Source: Candidatus Nomurabacteria bacterium
GTDB lineage: Bacteria > Patescibacteriota > Minisyncoccia > Phycocordibacterales > UBA918
DNA: 64,000 nucleotides
Direction of reading: 5' to 3'
NCBI GenBank assembly: GCA_023898585.1
Contig: CP060229.1
Coordinates: 462,763-526,762 of the forward strand
Position numbers and translations under genes: made by a program
Shown here: positions 49,562-59,694 of the stretch, piece by piece
How positions within the stretch are numbered: position 1 is the stretch's first letter
Layout: each line of letters begins with the position of its first letter
The notes under the pieces: generated by a model
The model's input: only the letters and a program-made list of their open reading frames with translations
Told to the model about the DNA's origin: nothing
Databases searched by the model: none

Positions 49562-49936
49562 ATGAGAAATTCAATCAGGAGAATAGCTTCTTTGCTGGGA
49601 ATCATTGGTTTATTGGCCTTTAGCGTGGTTACACTTCAACAAATATCACAATATTGTTCAAGCGGGCAGGTCTCGTGTTTAACAGCGGCGGTTACTTTCG
49701 GTGTCCCTAACACTCAATTGCTAGGGGTAGATGCTCCCACCTACCATGCTTTGCCGACTTCAACCTACGCGGAAGATGTCCCTTCTATCAGTGAATTCAT
49801 ATATTCCATCATCCATGCCACCAGCGTCTATTTGATCCTAGTAAGTGTTATGGTTTTGGTCGTTTTGGAATTGTTTGAACTGCGTTACCTACGCCGGCTA
49901 CTGAATAGTAGAAAATCATTCAGAACTGCGTCTTGA
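49562..49936 (+). CDS. hypothetical membrane protein
   Basis: Two hydrophobic helices. Confidence 0.3.
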   Translation: MRNSIRRIASLLGIIGLLAFSVVTLQQISQYCSSGQVSCLTAAVTFGVPNTQLLGVDAPTYHALPTSTYAEDVPSISEFIYSIIHATSVYLILVSVMVLVVLELFELRYLRRLLNSRKSFRTAS

Positions 49937-49988
49937 TCGATGTTTAGAGAGCAAAAACGCTAAAATTTACAATGAATACATTAATAAT

Positions 49989-51848
49989 ATGCAACCCGAA
50001 TTAGTAAACGCCATCAAAGAACGAGTGAAGCTTGGCTATAGCGAAGAACTGATAATCAGAGAATTAGTTTCCGCCGGTTACGAAAAGGCAGACGCTGAGT
50101 CTATCTATGATGAAGTGACGGGTGTAAAAAAAGTGGCTCCCATACCTCAATCACCCACAAACCCGCCCGAAAAAAGTGTGTCGACGGGAAGTAGTCAAGT
50201 AATTAACGTGACTGATGACTCCGAATTAAGCAGGCCTCACAAAAGCCACGTACCCTTGATTGTCGGTATCATACTGCTCTTGTTAATAGCCGGTGCAGTT
50301 GCTGGAGCTTTCTACTTTAAGCCGTTTGATTTTAATTTTGGAACATCAGCGCCGTACATGACGGAGAGGGAGATGATGGAAGGAATGATTACCAACAACC
50401 AGACTTTGACTGCACATGGTTTCAATCTAGGTCTACTTTTTGCTGTAGAAAAACGTGAGGAAAATGTTCGTTTACTTGATAAAAACGCTTTACCAGAGGA
50501 GGTTAGAGGTGATTTTGACCAAAACCTTTCAGAAATCATAAAATTTGGTGGAATGCCGGCGGAAGCGGAGATGAAAATTGACGCTTCAGGATTGGTGGAC
50601 GGTAGAAATACCGGACAGCCTGAGCTTGATATTTCGGTGAACGTAAGCGCTAAAGCCGAGCCGTTTTTCATCAATACTTCCGGTAGCTTGCGACTGGCTG
50701 ATGGTAAGTTGTATGGAAAAATCGATCGTATACCGGCTAATTTCGAAATGTATATGGGAGGAATTCCGACCGAGACATGGATCATACTGGAAGACGGAGC
50801 GGGTTTTGATTTACCGATTAAACCAACTGTGCCAATTAAAGCTAAACAGGTTCTCAATGTACTGCCACCCGAGGTATTGAATTTACTAACCAATGAAATT
50901 GGACGTCTGGTAACGAGTCCGGTCAAGTTAGCAACGCGTTCCAAAAATTTTCTCTCGGGACAAGTTGCTCAGCTTAGCGCGGTTCCTCTACTAGACACCA
51001 ATATGAGCGAGGAAGAGGTGTTGCTCTTGGAGCGTTCGCTTGAATTGTTGAAAGAATATCCGGTGATAAAAATAGTTGGCGAGCCGGAGCGAATAAAGAA
51101 TGAAGATGGGGTTGTATACAAATACGAATTAGATATAGATTTTGATAATTTGCAAACATATCTACTTAAGCTGATAAGTGAAGGGGAAGCGATAACGGGT
51201 GAAACCATACCGGTGACTGAAACTGAAATAAGAGCTTCGATTGGTGCTATTCGACCAATGTTGGATGAAGTCAATCGGTTGACGGATATCATCTATACCT
51301 TCCGGCAGGACGGGACTCTTGCCGGAGCAACTGTTAAAAGTGTATTTTCCTTTGACCATCCGGATATGAAACAACAGTTTCGCTTTGAGTTTGACATGAC
51401 CACTACCAGACAAAATGATGCTCTTGATATAACCGCGCCGGAAGATGTACATCCGGAGACACTTGAGGAAATAATCATGGGTCATGTTGAAGAGGCGAGG
51501 CAAAAAGGTTCGGAAGCATCTATTAAACAAAGTATGCACAATATTCGAGCTCAGGCAGAACTAGTTTATAATCAGGATAGTTTTAGTTACAGTGAAGTGT
51601 GTGCTAATGAAACAGTACAAGCGCTCCTTTTCGCAATAGTTGATAATTACCCTTACTCCCCTGATACAGAGAGGGATGGGGTCTCTGCTCCAGGAAAGAT
51701 CGTGTGTAATGACACGGACAATGCTTATGCGATCATTACTCCTTTGGCCTCGGATCAGTCTATCTCCTACTGTATAGATAGCACAGGGTTCGCTGATGAA
51801 GTGTCACCTGTTGTGCTTAGTTCTGGGACTGACTACGAATGTAGGTAG
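49989..51848 (+). CDS. large membrane protein: conserved 45-aa N-terminal cytoplasmic module, TM helix, extracellular region ending in a pilin-like Cys-containing domain
   Basis: N-terminus PELVNAIKERVKLGYSEELIIRELVSAGYEKADAESIYDEV (paralogue in 52691 gene); C-terminus NIRAQAELVYNQDSFSYSEVC. Confidence 0.45.
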   Translation: MQPELVNAIKERVKLGYSEELIIRELVSAGYEKADAESIYDEVTGVKKVAPIPQSPTNPPEKSVSTGSSQVINVTDDSELSRPHKSHVPLIVGIILLLLIAGAVAGAFYFKPFDFNFGTSAPYMTEREMMEGMITNNQTLTAHGFNLGLLFAVEKREENVRLLDKNALPEEVRGDFDQNLSEIIKFGGMPAEAEMKIDASGLVDGRNTGQPELDISVNVSAKAEPFFINTSGSLRLADGKLYGKIDRIPANFEMYMGGIPTETWIILEDGAGFDLPIKPTVPIKAKQVLNVLPPEVLNLLTNEIGRLVTSPVKLATRSKNFLSGQVAQLSAVPLLDTNMSEEEVLLLERSLELLKEYPVIKIVGEPERIKNEDGVVYKYELDIDFDNLQTYLLKLISEGEAITGETIPVTETEIRASIGAIRPMLDEVNRLTDIIYTFRQDGTLAGATVKSVFSFDHPDMKQQFRFEFDMTTTRQNDALDITAPEDVHPETLEEIIMGHVEEARQKGSEASIKQSMHNIRAQAELVYNQDSFSYSEVCANETVQALLFAIVDNYPYSPDTERDGVSAPGKIVCNDTDNAYAIITPLASDQSISYCIDSTGFADEVSPVVLSSGTDYECR

Positions 51849-51867
51849 AACGTGCGTGTGTGGTGGA

Positions 51868-51897
51868 AAGTGGCGAGCCCTTCGGGCTCGCCACTTT
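51868..51897. terminator. bidirectional hairpin GUGGCGAGCCC-UUCG-GGCUCGCCAC
   Basis: Perfect 11-bp stem with UUCG loop, between convergent genes. Confidence 0.8.
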
Positions 51898-51914
51898 CAT
51901 GAAATGTTAAAAAG

Positions 51915-52619
51915 TTAAGAAATCTTCGTCCCGATAAATTCTTCATTATGAAGATAATTTTTCAGAGCATCCGGTCTTGCACCGTTGATGATAGCCACTT
52001 CGATACCTTTTTCATCAGCCACTTTGGCCGCTATCGGATCAAATGGGGTGGACAGACCGGGGTCCCATTCAGTCGGTATAAGGGCTCTAAAATCAGTCCA
52101 TGTGATATTTTCTATTTTTTTTGCGTCAGGATTGGTGCGTGGGTCGTCAGTGTAGACAAAGTCTATGTTGGACAAGTTGATCACTTTCTTAGCGCCGACG
52201 TGTTCGGCAATTTGAATCGCTCTTAGGTCGGTTGAACAACCCGGCCGGTAGCCGGAGGCGATAATAACCTTTTCTCCGCTCGGAACATCGAGAATATCAT
52301 CGGGATTGGTGATCATTTCTCGGTGCGCGATATCTCGGAAAATGGTTCGAAGCAGGTGTCCATTGAGTCTCGTTGCGTGAATACCCATCCAATCGAGATC
52401 ATCTCTTGTTAGGTCTGTAACTTCGCCCGCCGCGTCCTGATACCTTCTTGCTGTCCGGCCCCCGCCGGCAATAATAATAAAACGACGGTCATCAGCCGTT
52501 TCTTCATCAACAAATTTTTTTAGGGTTATTAAAAAACCGGTGTCTATCTGGTCCGGCACAATCAAAGAGCCACCGACCGACATCACTATTGTTTCGTGTG
52601 TATCCATATCGTTGTGCAT
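51915..52619 (-). CDS. pyrH: UMP kinase, archaeal-type amino-acid-kinase fold
   Basis: IVMSVGGSLIV and IIIAGGGRTARRY motifs; 234 aa. Confidence 0.6.
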   Translation of the reverse strand: MHNDMDTHETIVMSVGGSLIVPDQIDTGFLITLKKFVDEETADDRRFIIIAGGGRTARRYQDAAGEVTDLTRDDLDWMGIHATRLNGHLLRTIFRDIAHREMITNPDDILDVPSGEKVIIASGYRPGCSTDLRAIQIAEHVGAKKVINLSNIDFVYTDDPRTNPDAKKIENITWTDFRALIPTEWDPGLSTPFDPIAAKVADEKGIEVAIINGARPDALKNYLHNEEFIGTKIS

Positions 52620-52690
52620 TGTACGCTAAACGAACGTACCTGCAAATGATATGCTACGTATAACTTAATTGTAATTAAATTGCCAATTTT

Positions 52691-54196
52691 ATGTCACCAG
52701 AATTAATAGCTTCCGTTAAAGAACGTCTCGGACTGAAGTACCAAGAAGATGCTATCAAGGAAGAGCTGAGAGAGGCTGGTTATGATGAGTCGATCATAGA
52801 GCAAGTCTTGATTGAGGCGCGGTCCGAATTGGGTTTGATTGCAAGGCCGGTACCGGTTCCTTCGCCAGAAAACAGATCGTCGTATAGAGGGTTGGGTGAG
52901 ACGTTTGTCTCAGGAGTTGTTCTCCCTCCGGTTTGGGATTTTGTCAACGATTCATACCAGAAGGCCTTTAGTAACTGGAATCTAATCCTTTTGCTTTTAT
53001 TGATGCAGATATTGAATATATTGGCCATCGGTTATTTTGTTTTTCAGTTTTTTGCCGAAATGCTTGGTGGAGGTGGCGCCGGTGTCTTGCTATTCTTTCC
53101 GGTTTTTATATTTCTGGGGTTGTTGTCAATGGTGGTAACGCTTACCGTACTTAGGTTTATCGCCAAGGAAAGAGAATTAGAGAGTATCGGGGGAGCATTC
53201 AAGTGGTCTTTGAGAAACTTCCTTCCTTTTCTCTGGGTGATGATACTAATGGCTTGTGTTGTTTACGGTGGCACAATACTGCTGGTCATACCGGGGATAA
53301 TAGTCATGGTTCTGCTTATTCCGGCCGTTTATGTTTTTGTTTGTGAGGGTATTAGGGGTCTTGATGTGTTGATGCGTAGCAGACAACTGGTGCTTGGCTA
53401 CTGGTGGCCGGTCGCTGGTCGGCTATTCGCATTGTTGATAAGTGTGTATGTAATACTTTTCGCCTTGATGTTCATGATTGAGTTATCTATTGATCCTCTA
53501 ACTACTTCTACTTCACCGACGTTATCTCTTATTCTACCCATGGTACTGCCTCAGCTCATAATGACCGCAGTCTTTTTGGTGTTTTACTTCGGTATACATC
53601 AGATATATGTTGCTTTGGCCAAGGCTCGACCTCTTTCCACATTTGATCCAAAAGAATCCCGCGGTAGATACAAAGTGTTGGCAGGTTTAGGATTATTTTT
53701 CCCGGTTATAGCTATACTCAGTTCCGTGGTGTTGGCTTCTTTAAATTCCGCCAGAAACGAGGCTAAAGAAGCTTCTTTTCTACATAATTTGAATTCAGTC
53801 CGGCCGGTAGCCGAGATTTACTACAATAATAATGGTTTTTCTTATGACGGTGTGTGTGGGGAGATAAAACCTTTGGTTCAGAGCAGGAACTCCGAGTGTA
53901 TTGATGCTGATGACTCTTGGGCTATGACGGCGACTCCTAACGATAGACCAATGGCTGAGAGATACTGCGTCGATGATCTTTCCAGTCCCCAAAAAGGATA
54001 TTTAGATTACGATCGAGCAAAGTGTTCAGCCGGGAGCAGGCCTGTAAATTACGAAAATGATTACGATGATAATGAAGGACTTATGGACGCGAAAAGTCGA
54101 GCCACAGATTTGCGTTCTAATCAGAAAGAAAACGACGCAAATGAGCGCGTACCGAAACAAGACCTCATCGACAGTGAGTCGTTTTTTGATAACTAA
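52691..54196 (+). CDS. membrane protein paralogous in its N-terminal module to the 49989 gene; six to seven TM helices; C-terminal pilin-like segment
   Basis: N-terminus PELIASVKERLGLKYQEDAIKEELREAGYDESIIEQVLIEA; C-terminus LNSARNEAKEASFLHNLNSVRPVAEIYYNNNGFSYDGVC. Confidence 0.45.
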   Translation: MSPELIASVKERLGLKYQEDAIKEELREAGYDESIIEQVLIEARSELGLIARPVPVPSPENRSSYRGLGETFVSGVVLPPVWDFVNDSYQKAFSNWNLILLLLLMQILNILAIGYFVFQFFAEMLGGGGAGVLLFFPVFIFLGLLSMVVTLTVLRFIAKERELESIGGAFKWSLRNFLPFLWVMILMACVVYGGTILLVIPGIIVMVLLIPAVYVFVCEGIRGLDVLMRSRQLVLGYWWPVAGRLFALLISVYVILFALMFMIELSIDPLTTSTSPTLSLILPMVLPQLIMTAVFLVFYFGIHQIYVALAKARPLSTFDPKESRGRYKVLAGLGLFFPVIAILSSVVLASLNSARNEAKEASFLHNLNSVRPVAEIYYNNNGFSYDGVCGEIKPLVQSRNSECIDADDSWAMTATPNDRPMAERYCVDDLSSPQKGYLDYDRAKCSAGSRPVNYENDYDDNEGLMDAKSRATDLRSNQKENDANERVPKQDLIDSESFFDN

Positions 54197-54230
54197 AAAG
54201 TATAAGTGAAGAAGTACATTCTCTGTCAAT

Positions 54231-54500
54231 GTGGTAATTTCAATGTTCTACTTCTATGTAATAGAAAATTATTTAGGTGAGCTGTATTTTGGGAGCACCA
54301 ATGATTTGAAACGTCGTTTTATAGAGCATAAAACTGGCAAATGCTTTTCTACTAAGGGCAGTGATTGGAAATTGATTTATTACGAGGCGTACAGGGACGA
54401 ATCTGATGCAAGTCGGAGGGAACAGAGAATAAAAGATCATGGTCAAGCGGTAAGACACTTAAAGGAGAGATTGAAAAATTGCAGAAGGAGTAAAGATTGA
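54231..54500 (+). CDS. standalone small GIY-YIG nuclease-domain protein (paralogue of the 23S-embedded one)
   Basis: FYVIEN..GELYFGSTNDLKRRFIEHKTG. Confidence 0.6.
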   Translation: MVISMFYFYVIENYLGELYFGSTNDLKRRFIEHKTGKCFSTKGSDWKLIYYEAYRDESDASRREQRIKDHGQAVRHLKERLKNCRRSKD

Positions 54501-54511
54501 ATGGGGGTTTA

Positions 54512-54569
54512 CCCCGCACTCAGTTTTTCCTATGGAGTATCAACTCCATAGGAAAAACTGAGTGCGGGG
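54512..54569. terminator. exceptionally long perfect hairpin (27-bp stem: CCCCGCACUCAGUUUUUCCUAUGGAGU-AUCA-ACUCCAUAGGAAAAACUGAGUGCGGGG)
   Basis: Read directly from the sequence; lies between the GIY-YIG gene and the SD-bearing island. Confidence 0.7.
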
Positions 54570-54752
54570 TTGACAATTCTCCAAAGTATGCTAGCTTATC
54601 AGTGTCTTCACGACGCGCGACAGATGTGGTGTAATCTTTTTTAAAGAAATTGCCACTTCTGCCTCGCGTACGCGAGGCAGAACCTGCTGACACAGCGTCA
54701 GCAGAACCTGTCGGCGTCGCCGACTTACGCTTTATCCTAGGAGGGATAAGTG

Positions 54753-55169
54753 ATGAAAAAGATCTTCAAAACAATGACCGCCGTCGCTCTGACCACTATC
54801 GCCTTGAGCTTTCCCGTCGGTGGGGTCGCAGGTGAAGTTTGTATCACCTGCGACAATCCGACCACTCTGGTCGACCGTGTTTCCTTTGGCGGGAAGACTT
54901 CGGCCAAAGGTCGTTCGACCTTCACCGCCGACGGAAACCACTCGGAATTCGAGACTGTCGGTCTCACCGACGGGTATGGAATGATCGAGGGTAAGATCGG
55001 ATTGGCTGGGGGCTGTGATACCCCCGAGTGTGCCCGGCGCACATGGGAGGGTGTTGCTAAAGCTGGTCAAATCCAGAGTTCGACGACAACCGTTAAGTTT
55101 AACGGTCACGGCTCGTTTGGGTCTACCAATCGTGCCAGTGCGAGAGCTTTACTCGAGGTCCGAAAGTGA
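54753..55169 (+). CDS. small secreted Cys-containing protein
   Basis: SD AGGAGGG 6 nt upstream; signal peptide MKKIFKTMTAVALTTIALSFPVGGVAG. Confidence 0.45.
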   Translation: MKKIFKTMTAVALTTIALSFPVGGVAGEVCITCDNPTTLVDRVSFGGKTSAKGRSTFTADGNHSEFETVGLTDGYGMIEGKIGLAGGCDTPECARRTWEGVAKAGQIQSSTTTVKFNGHGSFGSTNRASARALLEVRK

Positions 55170-55191
55170 CCTGACGTCCGGTGCATTATCG

Positions 55192-55228
55192 CCGAGCATC
55201 CTTTTTCCTCCGGAAAAAGGATGCTCGG
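55192..55228 (+). terminator. hairpin CCGAGCAUCCUUUUUCC-UCC-GGAAAAAGGAUGCUCGG
   Basis: Perfect 17-bp stem. Confidence 0.7.
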
Positions 55229-55462
55229 CACCCACCACCAATCTATATTTGTAATTGTAAAATTTTACACCACAGATACTAGAGAGGTGGTTTTTTAATA
55301 TTAAAAAATCCCACAAATTAAGACTTTTTCACATAAAACACTTGCTTTTTTGTCAAAAGTATGATATACATTGCTCCAAATATAAGGACTTGACATACAT
55401 TGAGGTACGTTGTGTCCAAGTTATTTGACAACAGAATATAAATTGAAAAGGAGAAACAAAGA

Positions 55463-56104
55463 ATGAAAATTTCAGTCCAGTGGCTTATCGTAGTGCTCGT
55501 GTACTGTGGTACCAGCGTTGCTGGTGCCAATGAAGAACCATTTTTTTGGAAAAAGATGGTAAGCAGATTTGCTACAGACTTTTCGGAGTCTGAAGTGTCC
55601 TGCCGGGTGTTGGCTAAAGGAAACAGCCTTGACAAGTTCACAGAAGAACTTGCCAACACTATATGCCCGGAGTTGCAACGACAGTTGCAGGCCGGGGAAT
55701 GTAAAAAAGTCACTATTGACATGCGTGGTATACAACACGCACTCATGGCAGAACGAACAGGAAAGAAGGGAAATGAAATTACGGCACGTCAAAATGCCGT
55801 GGTGAACTTACCTTTCCGACCGGAGGCACTGGAGTGTCACATTGGCGAAACGAAAGAGTTTCGATTTGTGTCTACAGTGTATGTGGGCAAACAACCTAAC
55901 GGTGAGCAGGCCTGCTACAACGTAACCATTGATATGTTACCGGTTGTTCCGGTGCTACCTGAAGTCTCAACAGTGAGAGCGATTCCTTACGAATTCAGTA
56001 CCCAAGGGACATCATCAAGCAATTGGTGGACACCGAGATCTGAATTGCCTCTCGACTATTGCGTGCCCGATGTGGTGCGTGACATGGTGAATCGCAGACG
56101 TTAA
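55463..56104 (+). CDS. secreted hypothetical protein
   Basis: SD AAGGAG; signal peptide MKISVQWLIVVLVYCGTSVAGA. Confidence 0.45.
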   Translation: MKISVQWLIVVLVYCGTSVAGANEEPFFWKKMVSRFATDFSESEVSCRVLAKGNSLDKFTEELANTICPELQRQLQAGECKKVTIDMRGIQHALMAERTGKKGNEITARQNAVVNLPFRPEALECHIGETKEFRFVSTVYVGKQPNGEQACYNVTIDMLPVVPVLPEVSTVRAIPYEFSTQGTSSSNWWTPRSELPLDYCVPDVVRDMVNRRR

Positions 56105-56149
56105 ACAATTTCAAATTTCAACTTTCAACTTCTTAAAGAGGAATTGTAG

Positions 56150-56662
56150 ATGAACACTAAAACGATATCAACATTGCTTCTTGTTGTCGTCTTCTTGATT
56201 TCCGGGTGTTCCAGCTCGAGATCAATGACGCTACCGGATGGAGCTCAATTTTCCAACAATTTTATTTCGTCACCAGGTCTGGTCGACGGATTAAACGGCA
56301 CGCTATTTCGTGTAGCAATACCACAACTCGACGAGTTTGGTAGACCGATCATGAAGAAAGATAGCGAGACCGGCGAAATGTTACCAACCTACGCAGATGT
56401 TAAATACCACCTTGTGCCAGATGAGCCAATTGCTGGAGAGGCGACTAAAATCATCTTGCAGGGTGTTATCGACATTGGAGTCGGCGCAGCTCTGACTAAA
56501 ATCGCTGATAACATCAGCGGTGGAGGCTGTAAAGGTCCTAGCTGTCCTTCATCAGGGGTGCAGGTGCTTAACGTCAACGAGAATTTCGTTCACGGCGAAG
56601 CCTCTGTCAAATCTGTTTGCGGTACCGCCGGATGTGGGGGGGCGTTTAGTCCCGCTCCATAG
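56150..56662 (+). CDS. lipoprotein (lipobox LISGC)
   Basis: SD AGAGGA; MNTKTISTLLLVVVFLISGCSSS. Confidence 0.5.
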   Translation: MNTKTISTLLLVVVFLISGCSSSRSMTLPDGAQFSNNFISSPGLVDGLNGTLFRVAIPQLDEFGRPIMKKDSETGEMLPTYADVKYHLVPDEPIAGEATKIILQGVIDIGVGAALTKIADNISGGGCKGPSCPSSGVQVLNVNENFVHGEASVKSVCGTAGCGGAFSPAP

Positions 56663-56734
56663 AAGGCTTTCTCAAACATGGAGAGGGTGTAAAAACCCTC
56701 TCCTTCTTCAACAAAATTGTAAAAGGAGGTCGTC

Positions 56735-58006
56735 ATGACCACAAAAATCAAGTTTTACTTTTTGGCGGTTGTCGTCGGCCTCATAGTGTCGACCGCTGTC
56801 AATGCCGATGCTAATACCGGAAAATATTCCTGCACGAAAGTGTGGGGTAATCCGGTAACTCTGGAAAGTGATGAGAAAGGGGTGGTAGCCGGGACAACAA
56901 CCGGTGTTACCGCAGAGGGAAAAATCTCCATGAACCAATTGAACAGTCTATTGGTTCACGGATATGTTCAGAGCTACTGTTCAACTGAGTACGGCTTTAT
57001 GACGGAAGAGCAGAAAAACAACTTCCTCAATGAACGTCTCGCCAAGTTGGGATACAAGGTCGAAGGCGACCTGGTCGGTATAGGATGGGTGAGAAATCAT
57101 CTCATGATTCCCGGCTTTCAGCTGAATCTTCCAACAAAAAAGGTGGAGGAGGTTGTAACGCCGGCCGAGGTTGATGTTAAGAAAAACGTGACAGAGCTGA
57201 AACAACTTCAGCGACAGGTGGTGGCGGGTGAAGTGCCAGCTGATCTAAAGGATCAGCTGAAAAAGCTTCGCTCGGAAAACGCCAGGCTCGCTAAAGTGGC
57301 AAAAAACACGAAAGGCGATCTCGCCGAGCATGTCACCAAAACGAACGACGCTCTGAACAAGCTTGAAATTCTGGCTAAGGGAAACCTGACGCCGGAACTG
57401 AAAGCCGTGTTCGAAAGGATGGTCGAGGATCAGGTAGCCGGTATTGAATCCGGTTTAACTGATCTCCGATCAGAAGTGGCGGACGGCTTCACCTCCCTCA
57501 AGAGTGTTCAGGAAGAACAGGGGGGAAGGATCGAAGGAGTGCAGACGAGTCTCGAAATACTCCAGCAACACGCAAGCGTTGCTTCGGAAGAACGTGAGGA
57601 GTTGAGGGGCTTCGATCAGGCTTTCCTTAAGAGGCTCGATAAGCTCGGTCTGAAGGTGGGAGATCTGGAGGAGAAAGTCGATGAGAAAGTGCAAAAAGTT
57701 GAGAAAAGAGTCGACGAACTGGAGCGTGCGAAAAACGTCACCAACAGCCGGTTGGCTGAGAATGAAAGTCAGACCTCATACCTACAAATAAGCATTGGAT
57801 TCTTGGGTTTGGGTGTCTTGTCCTTCATAGCCTACTTTTTTGTTAAGTTAAGAAGGCAGGACAAACGGATGGTGGGGTTGGTTGGAAAAAAGAATACAAC
57901 ACCCGACATCAGGATCATCGCCCCTTCCAATAACCCCACAAGAATCAGGGAGGAAGAGATTGTTGAAGGGGAGATTGTTTCGGAAAGGAAACTCCGAATT
58001 GTGTGA
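56735..58006 (+). CDS. secreted coiled-coil protein with C-terminal TM anchor
   Basis: SD AAGGAGG; signal peptide; long heptad-like region (LKQLQRQVVAGEVPADLKDQLKKLRSENARLAKVAK…); C-terminal LQISIGFLGLGVLSFIAYFFVKLRRQ. Confidence 0.5.
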   Translation: MTTKIKFYFLAVVVGLIVSTAVNADANTGKYSCTKVWGNPVTLESDEKGVVAGTTTGVTAEGKISMNQLNSLLVHGYVQSYCSTEYGFMTEEQKNNFLNERLAKLGYKVEGDLVGIGWVRNHLMIPGFQLNLPTKKVEEVVTPAEVDVKKNVTELKQLQRQVVAGEVPADLKDQLKKLRSENARLAKVAKNTKGDLAEHVTKTNDALNKLEILAKGNLTPELKAVFERMVEDQVAGIESGLTDLRSEVADGFTSLKSVQEEQGGRIEGVQTSLEILQQHASVASEEREELRGFDQAFLKRLDKLGLKVGDLEEKVDEKVQKVEKRVDELERAKNVTNSRLAENESQTSYLQISIGFLGLGVLSFIAYFFVKLRRQDKRMVGLVGKKNTTPDIRIIAPSNNPTRIREEEIVEGEIVSERKLRIV

Positions 58007-58014
58007 CAGGAGAC

Positions 58015-58043
58015 GGAAGGTCGGCGCTCTGCGCCGACCTTCC
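58015..58043 (+). terminator. hairpin GGAAGGUCGGCGC-UCU-GCGCCGACCUUCC
   Basis: Perfect stem; the same stem sequence recurs at 59670. Confidence 0.7.
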
Positions 58044-58160
58044 AAGGAGTAAGTCTTGATTTATTCAAGATTTGTAGTATTATGTTCTTAGAAGATGATA
58101 GGCCAAGGGTACGTTACCTTTGGCTTTTTGTATATTTTGACAACAAAAGGAGATTTCCTA

Positions 58161-59663
58161 ATGAACAAAATTTTCACCAAACTTTTCCTCATGATTATTG
58201 GTGCTGTGTTGATGGTTGCGAACGCAAACGCCATCGCTCCGTCGAACAGTTGCGACATCTGGGACGATCCGGATTTGAGAAAATCCAATCACCCCAACTC
58301 GTACTTGAAAACAGCCGAGAAAGAGCTTCAGGAAAACAAGGCCGGACTTTTTCCGGTTTCCGCCCTTGGTGCCTACTGGAAGAAGGAGGTGTTGGGTCGA
58401 CCGAAGTGTAAAGAGCGCTTCTCACTTCTTACTCTGGAGAAACAGACCGACGACGGCTTCTTCAAGCATATACTTGAGGTGAATGGTAAACAGTACCCTA
58501 GCAAAGTGATGCGTTTTGTTTACCTGGAGCGCAACTTTCTCAACGGTCCGGCTCTCGAAACGCATTTGCCGATGAAGTTTTCGGTAATAGCGTCTAGGAA
58601 AGATAAGCCGAGTTCAGGCGCGGCGCAGAAAGCAAAATCAGGGAAAGTGGTAGTCTCGAAATCTTCAGAACCAACGGCCGATTCCAGAGTATGGAAGGAG
58701 TTGGAAGGTGTGAAGAAAGACATCGCCGACATAAACCATATGGTTGGCGGTGACGCGAGATTGCTTCCGCTTCTCAAGGAAGATATGAAGAGAGTGCAGA
58801 CCAAGTTGGCCGAGATTAGTGGCCTTACTGAAGGTTTTGCGAATCTCAAAGATGTGGTTCTCTTACAACAGAAGCAACTGGATTTGCTTAAGATCGGTGG
58901 CCCGGACATTGAGGCGAAGATCGATAAGATAAACCAGTCGATAGATGTTTTGTTCGGGAAGCATACCGAACAAATAAGTGCCTTACAATCAGAAACTCGT
59001 GCTCTGAGAGGGATATCGGAAAAGCATCAAGACGAAATACAAACTCTCAGGGAGGACTTTAACAGGCTAGGAACAAGCAGTAACGAACTAAGTGTGGTCA
59101 ATTCGATTGTTGGCAAGCTCGACAGAACCACTATTAGCTACATCTTTATTGGAGCTGTGGTCGTCTTGGTTTGGTTCCTTGCTTACGGGTCAAAGAGAAA
59201 TGATTTACTTGCCCGTTTGACAAGAGTGGAAATAGATCTTAATGGAGGCCGTAACCAGGAGAAGGGATATGGTCTGATGAAAAAAGTTTCACATCTCATG
59301 GAAGATTGCAAAATCCATTTTGGCTTGACGTCGAGCATGAGAACCATTCTCGAAAGTCAGATTGCCTGGGAGCACTCTGTATCAATCAACAGTCTGTATA
59401 AGTTGCCTGTTGGCATGAATCACATGGTGATGTGGGGTTTTGTCTACAACGGTAATTTTTACCTTGTTAAATTCTGGAGAAAGGCAGATACACCATTCGG
59501 GTATATCTGTACCAGTATCCTGCGTAATCCGAGGCAAGCCCATCCTAATCCGGCTGACCCGGTGCCGATCAAAGATCTACTTATGGTGTTATTGGAGGCG
59601 GTAGCTAAAGGTACGCTTCCGCCGTCACAGAGAAGTCAGAGAAGACAGTCGAACGGAGGGTGA
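58161..59663 (+). CDS. secreted coiled-coil protein with internal TM segment
   Basis: SD AAGGAG 8 nt upstream; signal peptide MNKIFTKLFLMIIGAVLMVANANA; coiled-coil centre; TM ISYIFIGAVVVLVWFLAYGS. Confidence 0.5.
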   Translation: MNKIFTKLFLMIIGAVLMVANANAIAPSNSCDIWDDPDLRKSNHPNSYLKTAEKELQENKAGLFPVSALGAYWKKEVLGRPKCKERFSLLTLEKQTDDGFFKHILEVNGKQYPSKVMRFVYLERNFLNGPALETHLPMKFSVIASRKDKPSSGAAQKAKSGKVVVSKSSEPTADSRVWKELEGVKKDIADINHMVGGDARLLPLLKEDMKRVQTKLAEISGLTEGFANLKDVVLLQQKQLDLLKIGGPDIEAKIDKINQSIDVLFGKHTEQISALQSETRALRGISEKHQDEIQTLREDFNRLGTSSNELSVVNSIVGKLDRTTISYIFIGAVVVLVWFLAYGSKRNDLLARLTRVEIDLNGGRNQEKGYGLMKKVSHLMEDCKIHFGLTSSMRTILESQIAWEHSVSINSLYKLPVGMNHMVMWGFVYNGNFYLVKFWRKADTPFGYICTSILRNPRQAHPNPADPVPIKDLLMVLLEAVAKGTLPPSQRSQRRQSNGG

Positions 59664-59669
59664 GGTGAA

Positions 59670-59694
59670 GGGGTCGGCGCAGAGCGCCGACCCC
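59670..59694 (+). terminator. hairpin GGGGUCGGCGC-AGA-GCGCCGACCCC (reverse-complement copy of the 58015 hairpin)
   Basis: Identical stem, complementary loop. Confidence 0.7.
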
